A stretch of DNA of 56,129 nt from Planctomycetota bacterium. Its GTDB lineage: Bacteria > Planctomycetota > Phycisphaerae > UBA1845. Positions 40,665-50,135 of this stretch are shown one piece after another. The DNA lies in contig JBBTCX010000158.1 of assembly GCA_038043045.1 (NCBI GenBank), positions 1 to 56,129 on the forward strand, in the 5' to 3' direction. The translations under genes were made by a program, and so were the position numbers. Below the pieces are notes generated by a model. The model searched no databases, had not been told where the DNA came from, and saw only the letters and a list, made by a program, of their open reading frames with translations. How positions within the stretch are numbered: the stretch's first letter is position 1; each line of letters begins with the position of its first letter.

Positions 40665-42350
40665 TTATAGCCCCCCTCGCAAGAACGTACCCACCGTGCG
40701 AAACAGAATGATCATGTCCAGCTCGAAGGACATATGTTTGAGATAGTACATGTCGAATTGCAGCTTTTGCTTAGCGTCCTCCACGGAGGAACCATAACGG
40801 AAACTGATTTGTGCCCATCCGGTAATACCCGGTTTTACGAGATGCCTCTCCGAATAATAGGGAATTTGTATTGACAATTCGCGCACCAGGTCGGGTCTTT
40901 CGGGTCTCGGCCCCACGATCGACATGTCGCCTCGAAGAACGTTGTAGAGCTGAGGAAGTTCGTCCAAGCGAAGTTTTCGCAACCAGCGCCCGATGCGAGT
41001 GACTCGTGGATCGCCGGGGGTCGACCAGATACTCTGGCCGTTTTCCGCGTTTGGCTTCATGGTACGGAACTTGTACAGAGTGAAGGGTCGTTCGTGTTGA
41101 CCGACACGCTGCTGAGAGTAGAAGACGGAGTGGCCATCACTGAGTTTGATCAGGAGCGCAAGGACCAACCAGACGGGCGCAGTAAAAACCAATCCGCAAG
41201 AGGCCACGATCAAGTCGACGACCCGTTTGGGTGTGGCATGTTCCTCGCAGTGCCCCCGAAGATCGGCGAAGAGGAACCACGTGGGTGTTATTCGATCGAC
41301 TAGGATTTGCCCGGCGGCTTTTTCGTAGAAAATGGCTTCGTTGGTCACTCGGCAACCTTGCCGTAGACAGGGAACCAGCCAGTCCATCATGCGCCGTTCC
41401 GTGGCGGGTTCCGCGCTCACGACAATATCCGTGACTCCTTCAACCACCAATCTCGGGATCTGTTGTTGGATGAAGGATTGAGAGGCGATTTCGGAGTCGT
41501 TTGCACCGGGACCGGATTCTGACGAACCGACCCGACCAATGAGTTTGTATTCGGGAAGAAAGCCTTTTTCTTTTGCTACTTCGAAGGAACGAAAAAGCGA
41601 GGGAGAACCGACAACAAGCAGTCCACGGGAAACTCGAAACGCCGCCCAACATGCCAGCCATCGTACTGTTCCGCCGACTACGAAGAAAAGACCGAATGAC
41701 AAACCGGTGATTCGGCGAGACACTGTGGAGTACATCAATACATAGATCATGGCATAGGTGATCGCGATGGCTGTGGCTACCGTGAGCAGCATGCGCGTAA
41801 GAATCCGAGACCGGCTTCGATTCGTGTCTCGTTCGTAAAGACCGAAAATCAAGCTTGCCACGGTGACCGAAAACGCAAAGACAGCCATCGCTTGCCAGAG
41901 GGCAACATGCGGGGTTTCTACAAGGTCCGGCGGCGTGAGAACCCCATAGGCGACGAGTGCGCCTGAACACACGAGGGTGATATCCAAAAGCATCCACGTG
42001 GCCGGCGGAAGGGCGACCAAGGACTGTCCCGATCGTCGCCAGAGCGGCGACAATCTGCCGGTCAAGTGCCCTGACTTTTCCCTTGGAACATGAACCCAGG
42101 TTGGGGCATCCAGGGCATTCACGGAGGATGTAGCCATATCCGCACTCGGCGCCAAAGAAACCTCCTCGCAAGACCTGTCGGTGTTCTCAGAGGGCAAAGC
42201 TGACGCCGTAGAATCTCCCACCTGGGAGGAGAATCTTCTGGTGCCAGTAACCATTGGAACGCATCGGCCTTCGCTCACAGAGATATGAGTTATCGGCTGA
42301 ACCAATCCATTTTGCATTGACGGCCGATAACCAACCCGGTCACGACTCAT
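40665..42350 (-). CDS. Polyprenyl-phosphate priming glycosyltransferase (WcaJ/PssA family); start uncertain
   Basis: KR..D, YKFRTM, DPRVTRIG..LR..RLDELPQL.NVL.GDMSIVGPRPE, KPGITGWAQ. Confidence 0.93.
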   Translation of the reverse strand: MSRDRVGYRPSMQNGLVQPITHISVSEGRCVPMVTGTRRFSSQVGDSTASALPSENTDRSCEEVSLAPSADMATSSVNALDAPTWVHVPREKSGHLTGRLSPLWRRSGQSLVALPPATWMLLDITLVCSGALVAYGVLTPPDLVETPHVALWQAMAVFAFSVTVASLIFGLYERDTNRSRSRILTRMLLTVATAIAITYAMIYVLMYSTVSRRITGLSFGLFFVVGGTVRWLACWAAFRVSRGLLVVGSPSLFRSFEVAKEKGFLPEYKLIGRVGSSESGPGANDSEIASQSFIQQQIPRLVVEGVTDIVVSAEPATERRMMDWLVPCLRQGCRVTNEAIFYEKAAGQILVDRITPTWFLFADLRGHCEEHATPKRVVDLIVASCGLVFTAPVWLVLALLIKLSDGHSVFYSQQRVGQHERPFTLYKFRTMKPNAENGQSIWSTPGDPRVTRIGRWLRKLRLDELPQLYNVLRGDMSIVGPRPERPDLVRELSIQIPYYSERHLVKPGITGWAQISFRYGSSVEDAKQKLQFDMYYLKHMSFELDMIILFRTVGTFLRGGL

Positions 42351-42463
42351 CGAGAAAAACAGGGCCCGAATTTTGGATTAGTTTCTTCGATCAACATCCG
42401 ATATCCAGACGAGAGACTTTCTGAAAACCAAATGGATTGATCGTCTGCGGTAACTTGACTTCC

Positions 42464-43231
42464 ATGAGATTTTGTACGTTCAAAACATGCATCGGTTTGA
42501 TCGCACCCATTGTCTTCACCGGTTGCGTGGCGCGATCGAAATACGAACCGTGGTCTCCGAAACCGCGCGTAGAATGGTCGGATATTGCATCCGTGGACTT
42601 ACCCCCCGTTCAAAACGAATACAGGCTTTTGGTGTCCCTACCCACGAAGGGTCTTTTCCCCGCCAGTTTGGCTGTTTCTCGCGTATCCGTGCAAGAAAAG
42701 CCGACCGAACCGAATCCACGACAACCGATGCTGGTGACCGATCCGCGGAACGAATTCCTTCGGTGGAACTCTTCGTTTGATAACTTGATGGCCGTCAGTG
42801 AGGTCTTTCCCATCGCCAATCGCACCCTTGGCGGCGGTCAGGCGGAACCGGAACAGATTCTCGCCGCGTTTCGGGCGCTGCATGCGCGACTGGGTCTCAT
42901 CTACGCGGTCAACGAAGCCAACGAGGCCCAGACGGAGATGATCGCCGTTCTCTATGATCTTCATGGAGACCGGCCACTGGCATGCCTGCATGCTGAAGAA
43001 ACGTCACTCGTTCCCCGTGAAGCCGCCAGCAAAGATCGAAAGGCCGACCTCTGGATCGTCGATTCTCGCGCCTTGGTCCGGGCCAGACTTGAAAAACAAC
43101 TACACACCTGCCTGCGTGAACTTATTCTTCAAGACGAGCCTCCTGAATTGGAAGACAAGAGTAATTGGACGCCGGTTCTTCCGACCCGACCGGTGGAATG
43201 GCCGCCTCGCCAATCGCCGCCGGGACCGTAA
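42464..43231 (+). CDS. Hypothetical lipoprotein
   Basis: FTGC lipobox after a hydrophobic stretch; 255-aa ORF divergent from the glycan locus. Confidence 0.75.
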   Translation: MRFCTFKTCIGLIAPIVFTGCVARSKYEPWSPKPRVEWSDIASVDLPPVQNEYRLLVSLPTKGLFPASLAVSRVSVQEKPTEPNPRQPMLVTDPRNEFLRWNSSFDNLMAVSEVFPIANRTLGGGQAEPEQILAAFRALHARLGLIYAVNEANEAQTEMIAVLYDLHGDRPLACLHAEETSLVPREAASKDRKADLWIVDSRALVRARLEKQLHTCLRELILQDEPPELEDKSNWTPVLPTRPVEWPPRQSPPGP

Positions 43232-43233
43232 TC

Positions 43234-44859
43234 GTGAGCGTTGCAACGATCGAGCCGTCGCTCCGTCGTGCTAGAGTGTCGAGATTCGACCCTCTGAGCC
43301 TTCAAACGCCGCATCTCATAAACAAACATAAAATCCTCTCCGGCCTTACGCTCATTGCCGGTCTCTTCATCGTCTTCACTGGACTTGTCCCCTTTGATCC
43401 GACCGCCGCAGATCCCAATCTCGGTCCTCGCCCGTTCCTCAGCCTCCGCACTTCACCGACAACCGATTGGGATTTCTCCGCCAACGTGTTTCTCTATGCG
43501 CCGTTCGGACTCTTGCTCCACCTTTGGTTCAAGTCGCGGCTCAAGCACGCCTTTCTGCCGGCGATCGGAACATGTCTGATCGGCGTCATTCTTAGCCTTG
43601 CCATCGAGGTGGCCCAGGCCTTCATCGTGCCGAGGATTTCTTCATTGGTTGATGGGGTCGCCAACGTCATGGGCCTAATCGCAGGGATAACACTTTCCGG
43701 CGTGGCATCAACCCTTGTGCCGCGCGTTGGCGCGGAGGCCCTCAGCGAAGCCTGTCGGCAACCGTCGGAGACACTGCTCAAGACGTATTGTGTTGCACTC
43801 CTTGTTATTGCGACGATTCCGTTTCTATTTTCTTTGGATCCCGGACGCCTCTCAAAGAAAATGCGCACCGGTCATTGGATACCCTTTGTAGAAATGAAGA
43901 GCGGCGCACCCGATGCGAACTCAGATAAAGATTCCTCACTTGAAAGCCCCCAAGCGCATTCCGATCGACTGCGCCGTTGGTCCCACTGGGCGGCTGAAGC
44001 CATGTCGTTTGCGCTGCTGGCGGGTTTGATTCCTCCCGCCATTCGTGAACGCTTTCGCCTGAAGATCTTGGGGACCCTGGTCCTTGGATGTTGGATTATT
44101 TTCGCCATGGCCGTCGGTCTGTTCCTCTTGCAAGTCCCCCTGATTACACGAACCATCGACGCAACCGAGCTCATTGTCCGAATCGCCTTCGCCGTTCCCA
44201 TCCTTTGCTTCTCGGCCCTGACCACGCAAAAAATGCCGCATCCCGCTTTGTCCGTCAAACCTAACTGGCCTCCCAAAAGACTCGCAACCACCGGGCTCTT
44301 CGCCACCTCAGCTTACATCCTCTGGATGGGATTAATTCCATTTTCTTTGCATCGAGACGGCTCGGTCAATGGAATCATTCGGGCCGAAGCGCTCATCCCC
44401 TTTTTTTCATCCTTCCAAGCAAAGCTCGACTCAACCGTGGATGACATGATGGGAAAACTACTTTCTTACGCGCTATTCGCAGGGCTGTTGGCCCATCTCT
44501 ATTCCCGAAACGGTTCACGACCCTTTCGGCCATCTGCGGTCGCCGTCTGCATACTTGGCGCGGTGATTTCAGCAACGATCGAGATCGCACAAATCTTTCT
44601 TCCAACGCGGACTCCAAGCATCACTGATGTCCTGTACGCGATGGTTGGTTGCCGACTTGGACTATGGGCCCACGACGGCCTGCAATTCGCCTCGCACCTC
44701 ATCGAGCGTGCGCGGGCTTCCATGCTGTCACAGCCCCAAGAGAGAATTGTCGATCCGCTCGCTTGGGCCAACGCGTTGATGGCTTCTCTCGCGGATCCGC
44801 GCGACGATGCGCCGAAAGAACGAATCCCGCAAGTGGCGCCAAGGGTGGATTCTCGATGA
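43234..44859 (+). CDS. VanZ-family membrane protein with repeated VanZ domains
   Basis: NVFLYAPFG, LSLAIEVAQAF..PRISSLVD..AN and SATIEIAQIFLPTRTPSITDV. Confidence 0.88.
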   Translation: MSVATIEPSLRRARVSRFDPLSLQTPHLINKHKILSGLTLIAGLFIVFTGLVPFDPTAADPNLGPRPFLSLRTSPTTDWDFSANVFLYAPFGLLLHLWFKSRLKHAFLPAIGTCLIGVILSLAIEVAQAFIVPRISSLVDGVANVMGLIAGITLSGVASTLVPRVGAEALSEACRQPSETLLKTYCVALLVIATIPFLFSLDPGRLSKKMRTGHWIPFVEMKSGAPDANSDKDSSLESPQAHSDRLRRWSHWAAEAMSFALLAGLIPPAIRERFRLKILGTLVLGCWIIFAMAVGLFLLQVPLITRTIDATELIVRIAFAVPILCFSALTTQKMPHPALSVKPNWPPKRLATTGLFATSAYILWMGLIPFSLHRDGSVNGIIRAEALIPFFSSFQAKLDSTVDDMMGKLLSYALFAGLLAHLYSRNGSRPFRPSAVAVCILGAVISATIEIAQIFLPTRTPSITDVLYAMVGCRLGLWAHDGLQFASHLIERARASMLSQPQERIVDPLAWANALMASLADPRDDAPKERIPQVAPRVDSR

Positions 44860-44960
44860 AACGAAAGATCGTCCAATCGTGCCGTATCTCGTTGGGTTTC
44901 TTGGGCTTGGCGATTGACTGCCATTGGAACATAATAAGAACGGTGTGAAGGAGTGGATAC

Positions 44961-46100
44961 GTGAAGAATACGATTCAGAGACTAAACGAACTAGGCCAAT
45001 CGGCGTGGTGCGACAATCTAAGCCGCAGCATGATCGATTCCACGCAACGCGCGCCGGCGACGTCCGGTCTTCGTTCGATGATGGCCGCCGGGATCGTCGG
45101 CGTGACTTCAAACCCGACGATTTTCATGAAGGCCATCACCACGGGCGTGGAATACGACGCCCGATTCGATGAGAGAACCGCTCAAGGTCTTGAAGGAATG
45201 TCGCTGTACGAAGGATTGGTGGTGCCGGATATCGCGGACGCGGCAGATCTGCTTAGGCCTGTGTACGACGAAACCAACAGATTGGACGGATTGGTAAGTC
45301 TCGAAGTCGACCCACGGTTAGCGCGTGACACGCGGGCAACCGTCGCAGAAGCCCGCAGATTGTTCAAGCACCTCGATCGCCCCAATGTATTCATCAAAGT
45401 TCCAGCCACGCCTGAAGGAATCCCAGCCATCGAAACGTTGATTGGCGAAGGAATCAACATCAACGTCACCCTCATCTTTTCGCTGACCGCTTACGATCAA
45501 GTTATGCGCGCCTACCTATCGGGCTTGAAACGCCTTTATGCAAACGGCGGTGACCTTACAAAGGTGGCATCCGTGGCTTCGTTTTTCGTTAGCCGAGTTG
45601 ACTCCCTGGTCGACAAACTTCTTTCCCAACACGGCCACCTCGGTGAAACGAAAAACCTGATTGGAAAAGCCGCCATCGCCAACGCCAAGCTCGCCTATCG
45701 GCGGTTTGAAGAAGTTTTTCACTCCCGCGGCGAATTCGGGGAACTCGCCCGCTTCGGAGCGCGCGTTCAACGACCCCTTTGGGCCAGCACAAGCACGAAA
45801 AACCCCTCATTCCCCGACACCGTTTACGTCGATCAACTCATCGGACCTCACACGGTGAATACGATGCCGCCGGAGACCATCCTCGCCGTCCTGGATCATG
45901 GTACCGTAGCCACGACCATTCATGACGGACTGAGCGAGGCCGAGAAGTTGTTCGCTGCGTTGGCCCGGCTGGGAATAGACATGGACGCGGTGACCAAACA
46001 ACTCGAAATCGAGGGTGTCAACGCTTTTGTGAAATCGTTCGATGAGTTGTTGAGTCATTTAGACAAGAAATCGGCCAGGGCTTGCACGGCAAAAACGTGA
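44961..46100 (+). CDS. tal: Transaldolase
   Basis: GQSAWCD, GVTSNPTIF, VSLEVDP, IKVPAT, NINVTLIFS, SVASFFVSRVD, QRPLWASTSTK. Confidence 0.97.
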   Translation: MKNTIQRLNELGQSAWCDNLSRSMIDSTQRAPATSGLRSMMAAGIVGVTSNPTIFMKAITTGVEYDARFDERTAQGLEGMSLYEGLVVPDIADAADLLRPVYDETNRLDGLVSLEVDPRLARDTRATVAEARRLFKHLDRPNVFIKVPATPEGIPAIETLIGEGININVTLIFSLTAYDQVMRAYLSGLKRLYANGGDLTKVASVASFFVSRVDSLVDKLLSQHGHLGETKNLIGKAAIANAKLAYRRFEEVFHSRGEFGELARFGARVQRPLWASTSTKNPSFPDTVYVDQLIGPHTVNTMPPETILAVLDHGTVATTIHDGLSEAEKLFAALARLGIDMDAVTKQLEIEGVNAFVKSFDELLSHLDKKSARACTAKT

Positions 46101-46188
46101 TGCAGAGTCGGCGCCAGCATGTCAGGGTGTCCGATCGCTCAAAGCAGGGACGCCTAGGCAAACTCAACGAGGGGATAGGGAGTCGTCG

Positions 46189-46929
46189 GTGACGCCTGTG
46201 TCGACAACGATTGATCAGAACATCCAAGTAAACATCGACCACTTATTCCGCGCCCAATTCGGCGAAGATCGAATTCTTTGGCAGGTTTTTCGCCAACGCC
46301 GTTCCGGGTACTTTATGGAAATCGGCGCCTACGACGGCGTCAATCTGAGCAACACCTACTTCCTCGAACAAATGGGTTGGCATGGCGTCTTGGTCGAGCC
46401 GATTGAAGATCTCTGCCTCCGCGCTGCCGCTTCGCGACCCCGCAGTCGCGTGATTCAAGCCGCCATCAGTCGCAAAGGAAGCCATGGAACCGCCAAGTTC
46501 ACCATCACCCAGAACGTCCCCGTTTTGTCTTACTTGAATACCGACCAAGACCACGTGGATCGGTGTCTGAAGGAAGGCGCCACCCTCGTCGAAGTCGATG
46601 TTCCACTCCTTACGGTCGATGATATTCTCCTACACGAACGATACGCCGCCCCACCGGGAACGGGTCCTTGGGTGCCAAACGTCGGCTGGCAAATTGATCT
46701 TGTTTCCATCGATGTCGAGGGCGGCGAACTTGATGTTCTCGACGGGTTCAACCTTGAACGCTATAGGCCCGGAATTCTCCTCATCGAAAACGATCGGCCT
46801 GCCGGCGCCGCCGTCGAACCCTATCTAACTTCTCGCGGCTACCGAAAGTTCCATCGACAAAAAATTAACGATTTCTACTTCCGAATCGACGACCCAGCCG
46901 ATCTCATGCTGGAAGGGTTTTCGCAATAG
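46189..46929 (+). CDS. FkbM-family methyltransferase
   Basis: QFGED, GYFMEIGAYDG...SNT..LE..GWHGVLVEP, SIDVEG.E..VL.G. Confidence 0.92.
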   Translation: MTPVSTTIDQNIQVNIDHLFRAQFGEDRILWQVFRQRRSGYFMEIGAYDGVNLSNTYFLEQMGWHGVLVEPIEDLCLRAAASRPRSRVIQAAISRKGSHGTAKFTITQNVPVLSYLNTDQDHVDRCLKEGATLVEVDVPLLTVDDILLHERYAAPPGTGPWVPNVGWQIDLVSIDVEGGELDVLDGFNLERYRPGILLIENDRPAGAAVEPYLTSRGYRKFHRQKINDFYFRIDDPADLMLEGFSQ

Positions 46930-47144
46930 CCGGCCCGGCATCTGATCACTCACACTGATCGTTTAAAACTTCGCATTCAATTCAGGGTGACGCCTGTTTG
47001 TCACTCCTTACTCCAACCCCCATTTTGACTTGCCCAATGGGCCACCTCCGTCGGATGGTAGAGGTGCGTCCCGGCAACGCGAAGTTTTTGGGCGCACCCT
47101 TGGCGGAAAGCTCAAAAAGGAAATGAATACAGGGTGGAATTGCC

Positions 47145-47639
47145 TTGCGACTGACCAAAACCTCACTCTACGCCATCAAAGCCATTTCTCACATCGCCAT
47201 GCAGAAGGGCGATCGCCCCATTCATGGCCGAGATATCGCTGAAGCTTGCTTCATGCCAAAAGGGCATTTACTAAAAATCCTTCAACGTATCGCTCGAGCG
47301 GGAATTCTTCTCAGCGGCCGGGGTGCCTCGGGGGGTTTTCGGCTGGCCCGTCCACCGGACAAGATCACCATGCTTGATATCTTGGAAGCCGTCGACGGAA
47401 CGCTCATCCACCATCAACCGTTGGGCCCCGACACATGTTTTTCATTCCCAGGATACCCATTACTACAGGACTCACTCGATAAAATAACCCATAGTGCGCG
47501 TATCATTCTTTCTAAATTGACAATTGCCGAACTTTTTTCCCAAGCGAAAACCCAGCCCCAGCACTCCTCACAAAAAGCTCGAACGGCTTTCCGAAATCAA
47601 CCACTCGCAACCCCGTCCCCCGCGGGCCACATCGCCTGA
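47145..47639 (+). CDS. Rrf2-family transcriptional regulator
   Basis: YAIKA, L.KILQ..ARAG...S.RG.SGGFRLARPP..IT.LDI.EAVDG; lacks the 3-Cys IscR/NsrR pattern. Confidence 0.9.
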   Translation: MRLTKTSLYAIKAISHIAMQKGDRPIHGRDIAEACFMPKGHLLKILQRIARAGILLSGRGASGGFRLARPPDKITMLDILEAVDGTLIHHQPLGPDTCFSFPGYPLLQDSLDKITHSARIILSKLTIAELFSQAKTQPQHSSQKARTAFRNQPLATPSPAGHIA

Positions 47640-47697
47640 TCATCGCTCCCCAATCTCAAATCGACATAGCCCACCCGGCCCAGCCGGGCAGTGCAGC

Positions 47698-48216
47698 TCA
47701 CCAACTGAAGCCGGCCCAGCCGGGCAGCTCCGATGCCTGCCTGATCCAACTTGCAACGAGCTCCTCATCGAACTGGTCGTCCTCGTGGATGTGGAGGTTA
47801 CGCGTGCCTTTGTTCTTGGAATCGACGGGGAGAAGAGGACGCAACGACGTGCCGTTGAAAAAAGCCACCTTGATGTATTTCGTCAAGCAATGGACGCCAA
47901 GGAACCAGCCTTGAGCCTCGGTGCCATAGAAGGGCGAGTTCCATCTCACGGCCTTGCGAACGTTGGGAACGGTCCGCACGATGAGTGCGTCAAGTCGCCG
48001 CCCGACCTCGCGTTTCCAACCCGGCATGGCCGCGATGTAAGCCTGCACGGGCGCATCTCCGTCGGCCTTGGGGATCTGAGGGTTGCCGCCTGTGAGGAGC
48101 TTCGGCTTTGCGGATTTGCGTGGCTGCGACTTCGACGCGGCTTTTAGCGGTTTGGTCGCTTTCGCGGCAACACGCTTGGCCCCGACTGGCACCCGTTGCT
48201 TCTTCTTCATTGCCAT
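47698..48216 (-). CDS. DUF1801 (YdhG-like) domain protein
   Basis: GGNPQIPKADGDAPVQAYIAAMPGWK, VRKAVRWNSPFYG, YIKVAFF.G.SL.P. Confidence 0.88.
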   Translation of the reverse strand: MAMKKKQRVPVGAKRVAAKATKPLKAASKSQPRKSAKPKLLTGGNPQIPKADGDAPVQAYIAAMPGWKREVGRRLDALIVRTVPNVRKAVRWNSPFYGTEAQGWFLGVHCLTKYIKVAFFNGTSLRPLLPVDSKNKGTRNLHIHEDDQFDEELVASWIRQASELPGWAGFSW

Positions 48217-48279
48217 TTTTCAACCCCCTTACTGTTGGATTGAGACTCCTTGACGATGATGTGTCCTCTCTACGGCGAG

Positions 48280-48381
48280 GTCCAACGAAACTGGCGCTCA
48301 GCCGGGAGCGGCGCGAGGGCCGCCTTGAGAAGAGCCGCACACCATGCACGCCGCCCTTCGGTCGGTAGTACCGTGTTAGCC
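48280..48381 (-). other. attC-like site downstream of the HNH gene
   Basis: Minus strand: GGCTAAC overlapping the stop codon ... GGGCGGCG/CGCCGCTC stem ... GCTGAGCGCC ... GTTGGAC (GTTRRRY). Confidence 0.7.
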
Positions 48382-49023
48382 CGCTTCTTCGAATACACCG
48401 CCCTCCGCAGACGACACTATTCCGATAAAAGTAACCCTCTCGAAAAAAGTCATGAGCCACGCCGACTGTATTCCCACCTCTTCAATAATTGAGTAGCGAT
48501 ACTCCGCAATGTCTCGTTCACGATGGGCGTACTCCATCTGCACTAGAAACTCGTCGGGCATCCGATACTTCATGACATCCACCCATACGCGGGATTCGGG
48601 CACACCCGAGAGAATGTTGTGGTGATGACTCAGCCCCCGAACGACTTTTTTGACGACTCGAACCACTCTCGTATCTTCCCTGGGATAGATCATGTGTCTG
48701 GGGTGCCCAGCAACCTCGACTGGTCGCCAAGTGTTGACTATATCCTGGACGCGACGGGGCCCGTCAACTTCCCGGAAGCTGCGTTGAATCGTGGTCTCCC
48801 AAAGTTCGCGGCGACTGTCATTCGGATCTCCCGCCAATGCTAAGACATTTCGGAAATGAGCTTCGTCGTCCGACCACCCGTTATTGCACACATTACAAGA
48901 TGGGATGGTCAGGCGTTGTACTCGCGAGGTCGCCTTCGATTCTGGATACAGGTTACTGGGAAAAACATGCTCCCTGTCGGTGGCGACGCGCATTCCGCAA
49001 TAAGCGCACATCTTTCGACTCAA
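48376..49023 (-). CDS. HNH-endonuclease-like protein (cassette gene)
   Basis: CAYCG...DREHVFP...TIPSCNVCNN His-Me/Zn motif; GAGG RBS before TTG 49023. Confidence 0.8.
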   Translation of the reverse strand: MSRKMCAYCGMRVATDREHVFPSNLYPESKATSRVQRLTIPSCNVCNNGWSDDEAHFRNVLALAGDPNDSRRELWETTIQRSFREVDGPRRVQDIVNTWRPVEVAGHPRHMIYPREDTRVVRVVKKVVRGLSHHHNILSGVPESRVWVDVMKYRMPDEFLVQMEYAHRERDIAEYRYSIIEEVGIQSAWLMTFFERVTFIGIVSSAEGGVFEEAG

Positions 49024-49042
49024 GACGCTTCCTCTCTTGTCT

Positions 49043-49103
49043 GGCAAACGCTGGGCATTAGCGGCGGCGATTCGGCACTATCCGCTGCCCACCGGTATTA
49101 GCG
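49043..49103 (-). other. Degenerate attC-like site
   Basis: Minus strand: CGCTAAT ... GGGCAGCGG/CCGCTAATGCCC stem ... GTTTGCC; both core boxes carry mismatches. Confidence 0.5.
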
Positions 49104-49112
49104 CGCCTGCCA

Positions 49113-49295
49113 TTACGCACCAGCGACTATCGAGTGAATAGGGGCTCCCGGCTCGATCTCGGCCTCGCAGATCTTTTGGATCAATCCTTTCTCAAGGGCG
49201 AACTCGGGATTCTTCGACTTCCCTCGCCTAAACAACGCCCTAACCTCTTCGAGCGCCAACCTCGTTTGTTTCCCTATTATCTTCGCCGTCAATAG
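49113..49295 (-). pseudogene. C-terminal fragment of a ClpP-like protease
   Basis: IIGKQTRL..EEV..LF..G....PEFALEKGLIQKI resembles the ClpP C-terminus; catalytic N-terminus absent. Confidence 0.5.
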
Positions 49296-49325
49296 CTCTG
49301 CCGCCTCTGGTTCGGGCAACCTCTC

Positions 49326-49649
49326 TCACGGCGCGAACATCTCTTGCAGCACCGCGAGCACAGCCGCAGCCGCGTTGTCGTCGACTCTCCCCAGTTTTTT
49401 GATCAGCCGCGACCGATCCACGGTCCGAATCTGATCGAGCACCACCTGTCCGTTCTTGCCCTTGAACCGGCAGGGCACGCGGGTCGGGTAGGACTGTCCC
49501 TTGGTCGACATCGGCGCGACGATCACCGTGCGGATGTTATGGTTGATCTCGTCCGGCGACACGACGAGGCAAGGTCGCGTCTTCTTGATCTCGCTGCCGA
49601 CAGTCGGGTCCAGGCTAATCTGGTAAACTTCGAAGCGGTTTATCGCCAT
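49326..49649 (-). CDS. MazF/PemK toxin
   Basis: LDPTVGSEIKKTRPCLVVSP, IVAPMST, DQIRTVDRSRL. Confidence 0.95.
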   Translation of the reverse strand: MAINRFEVYQISLDPTVGSEIKKTRPCLVVSPDEINHNIRTVIVAPMSTKGQSYPTRVPCRFKGKNGQVVLDQIRTVDRSRLIKKLGRVDDNAAAAVLAVLQEMFAP

Positions 49650-49897
49650 TCCCACTCGCTCTTGTCCCACCCCGACCGGCCGGGCGGCACCTCATCGAGA
49701 AGGACGTCGTCGCCGCGATGCGCCATCTTCTGGAAGGCCGTCGCCCAGTTGGCCCGCGGTTTTGTAATGGGCCGTATCACCAGGACGTCGTCCTCAGCGA
49801 TGATCTCGACTTCACCGGACAGTCCCGTCTGTTCCAGCAGCGGCTTTGGGATGCGAATGCCCTGCGAGTTGCCGATCGGTACGATGCGTGTCTTCAT
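49640..49897 (-). CDS. MazE/AbrB-type antitoxin
   Basis: IGNSQGIRIPKPLL...W..AF..M...GDD.LL...WD..EW.W. Confidence 0.95.
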   Translation of the reverse strand: MKTRIVPIGNSQGIRIPKPLLEQTGLSGEVEIIAEDDVLVIRPITKPRANWATAFQKMAHRGDDVLLDEVPPGRSGWDKSEWEWR

Positions 49898-49912
49898 AGC
49901 CGAATCCTCCCA

Positions 49913-49949
49913 GTGCTTACAATGTAGCTACTTGAGATTCTCTTGACAA
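49913..49949 (-). promoter_or_regulatory. TA promoter TTGTCA-N17-TACATT with overlapping imperfect palindrome (operator candidate)
   Basis: tgacaa 49944-49949, aatgta 49921-49926; GTGCTTAC-AAT-GTAGCTAC at 49913-49931. Confidence 0.65.
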
Positions 49950-50008
49950 CCCCCGACCGATAAGAGGGGGCCTCGTACTCGTCGCTGAGCGATACGGCTC
50001 AGCAGACC

Positions 50009-50031
50009 GTAGGTCGGGTCATCGACCCGAC
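50009..50031 (+). repeat. GTAG-type REP hairpin
   Basis: GTAG + GTCGGGTC-ATC-GACCCGAC perfect stem. Confidence 0.7.
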
Positions 50032-50135
50032 GCCACCACGGTGGAATGGGGTTTCACGAGATAGCACTATACCAAAGGTCTTTCGCTAATTCATTGTATC
50101 CTTTGCAATTCCATCCGCCCCGATGCGCCAAGCGC

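Noticed and set aside
43234-44859. Glycopeptide resistance locus
   Set aside because: VanZ-like domains are widespread near polysaccharide loci; no vanHAX/RS present
47675-47727. 17-bp direct repeat CCGGCCCAGCCGGGCAG at the DUF1801 3' end
   Set aside because: Real (47675-47691, 47711-47727) but probably a local duplication; no supportable function
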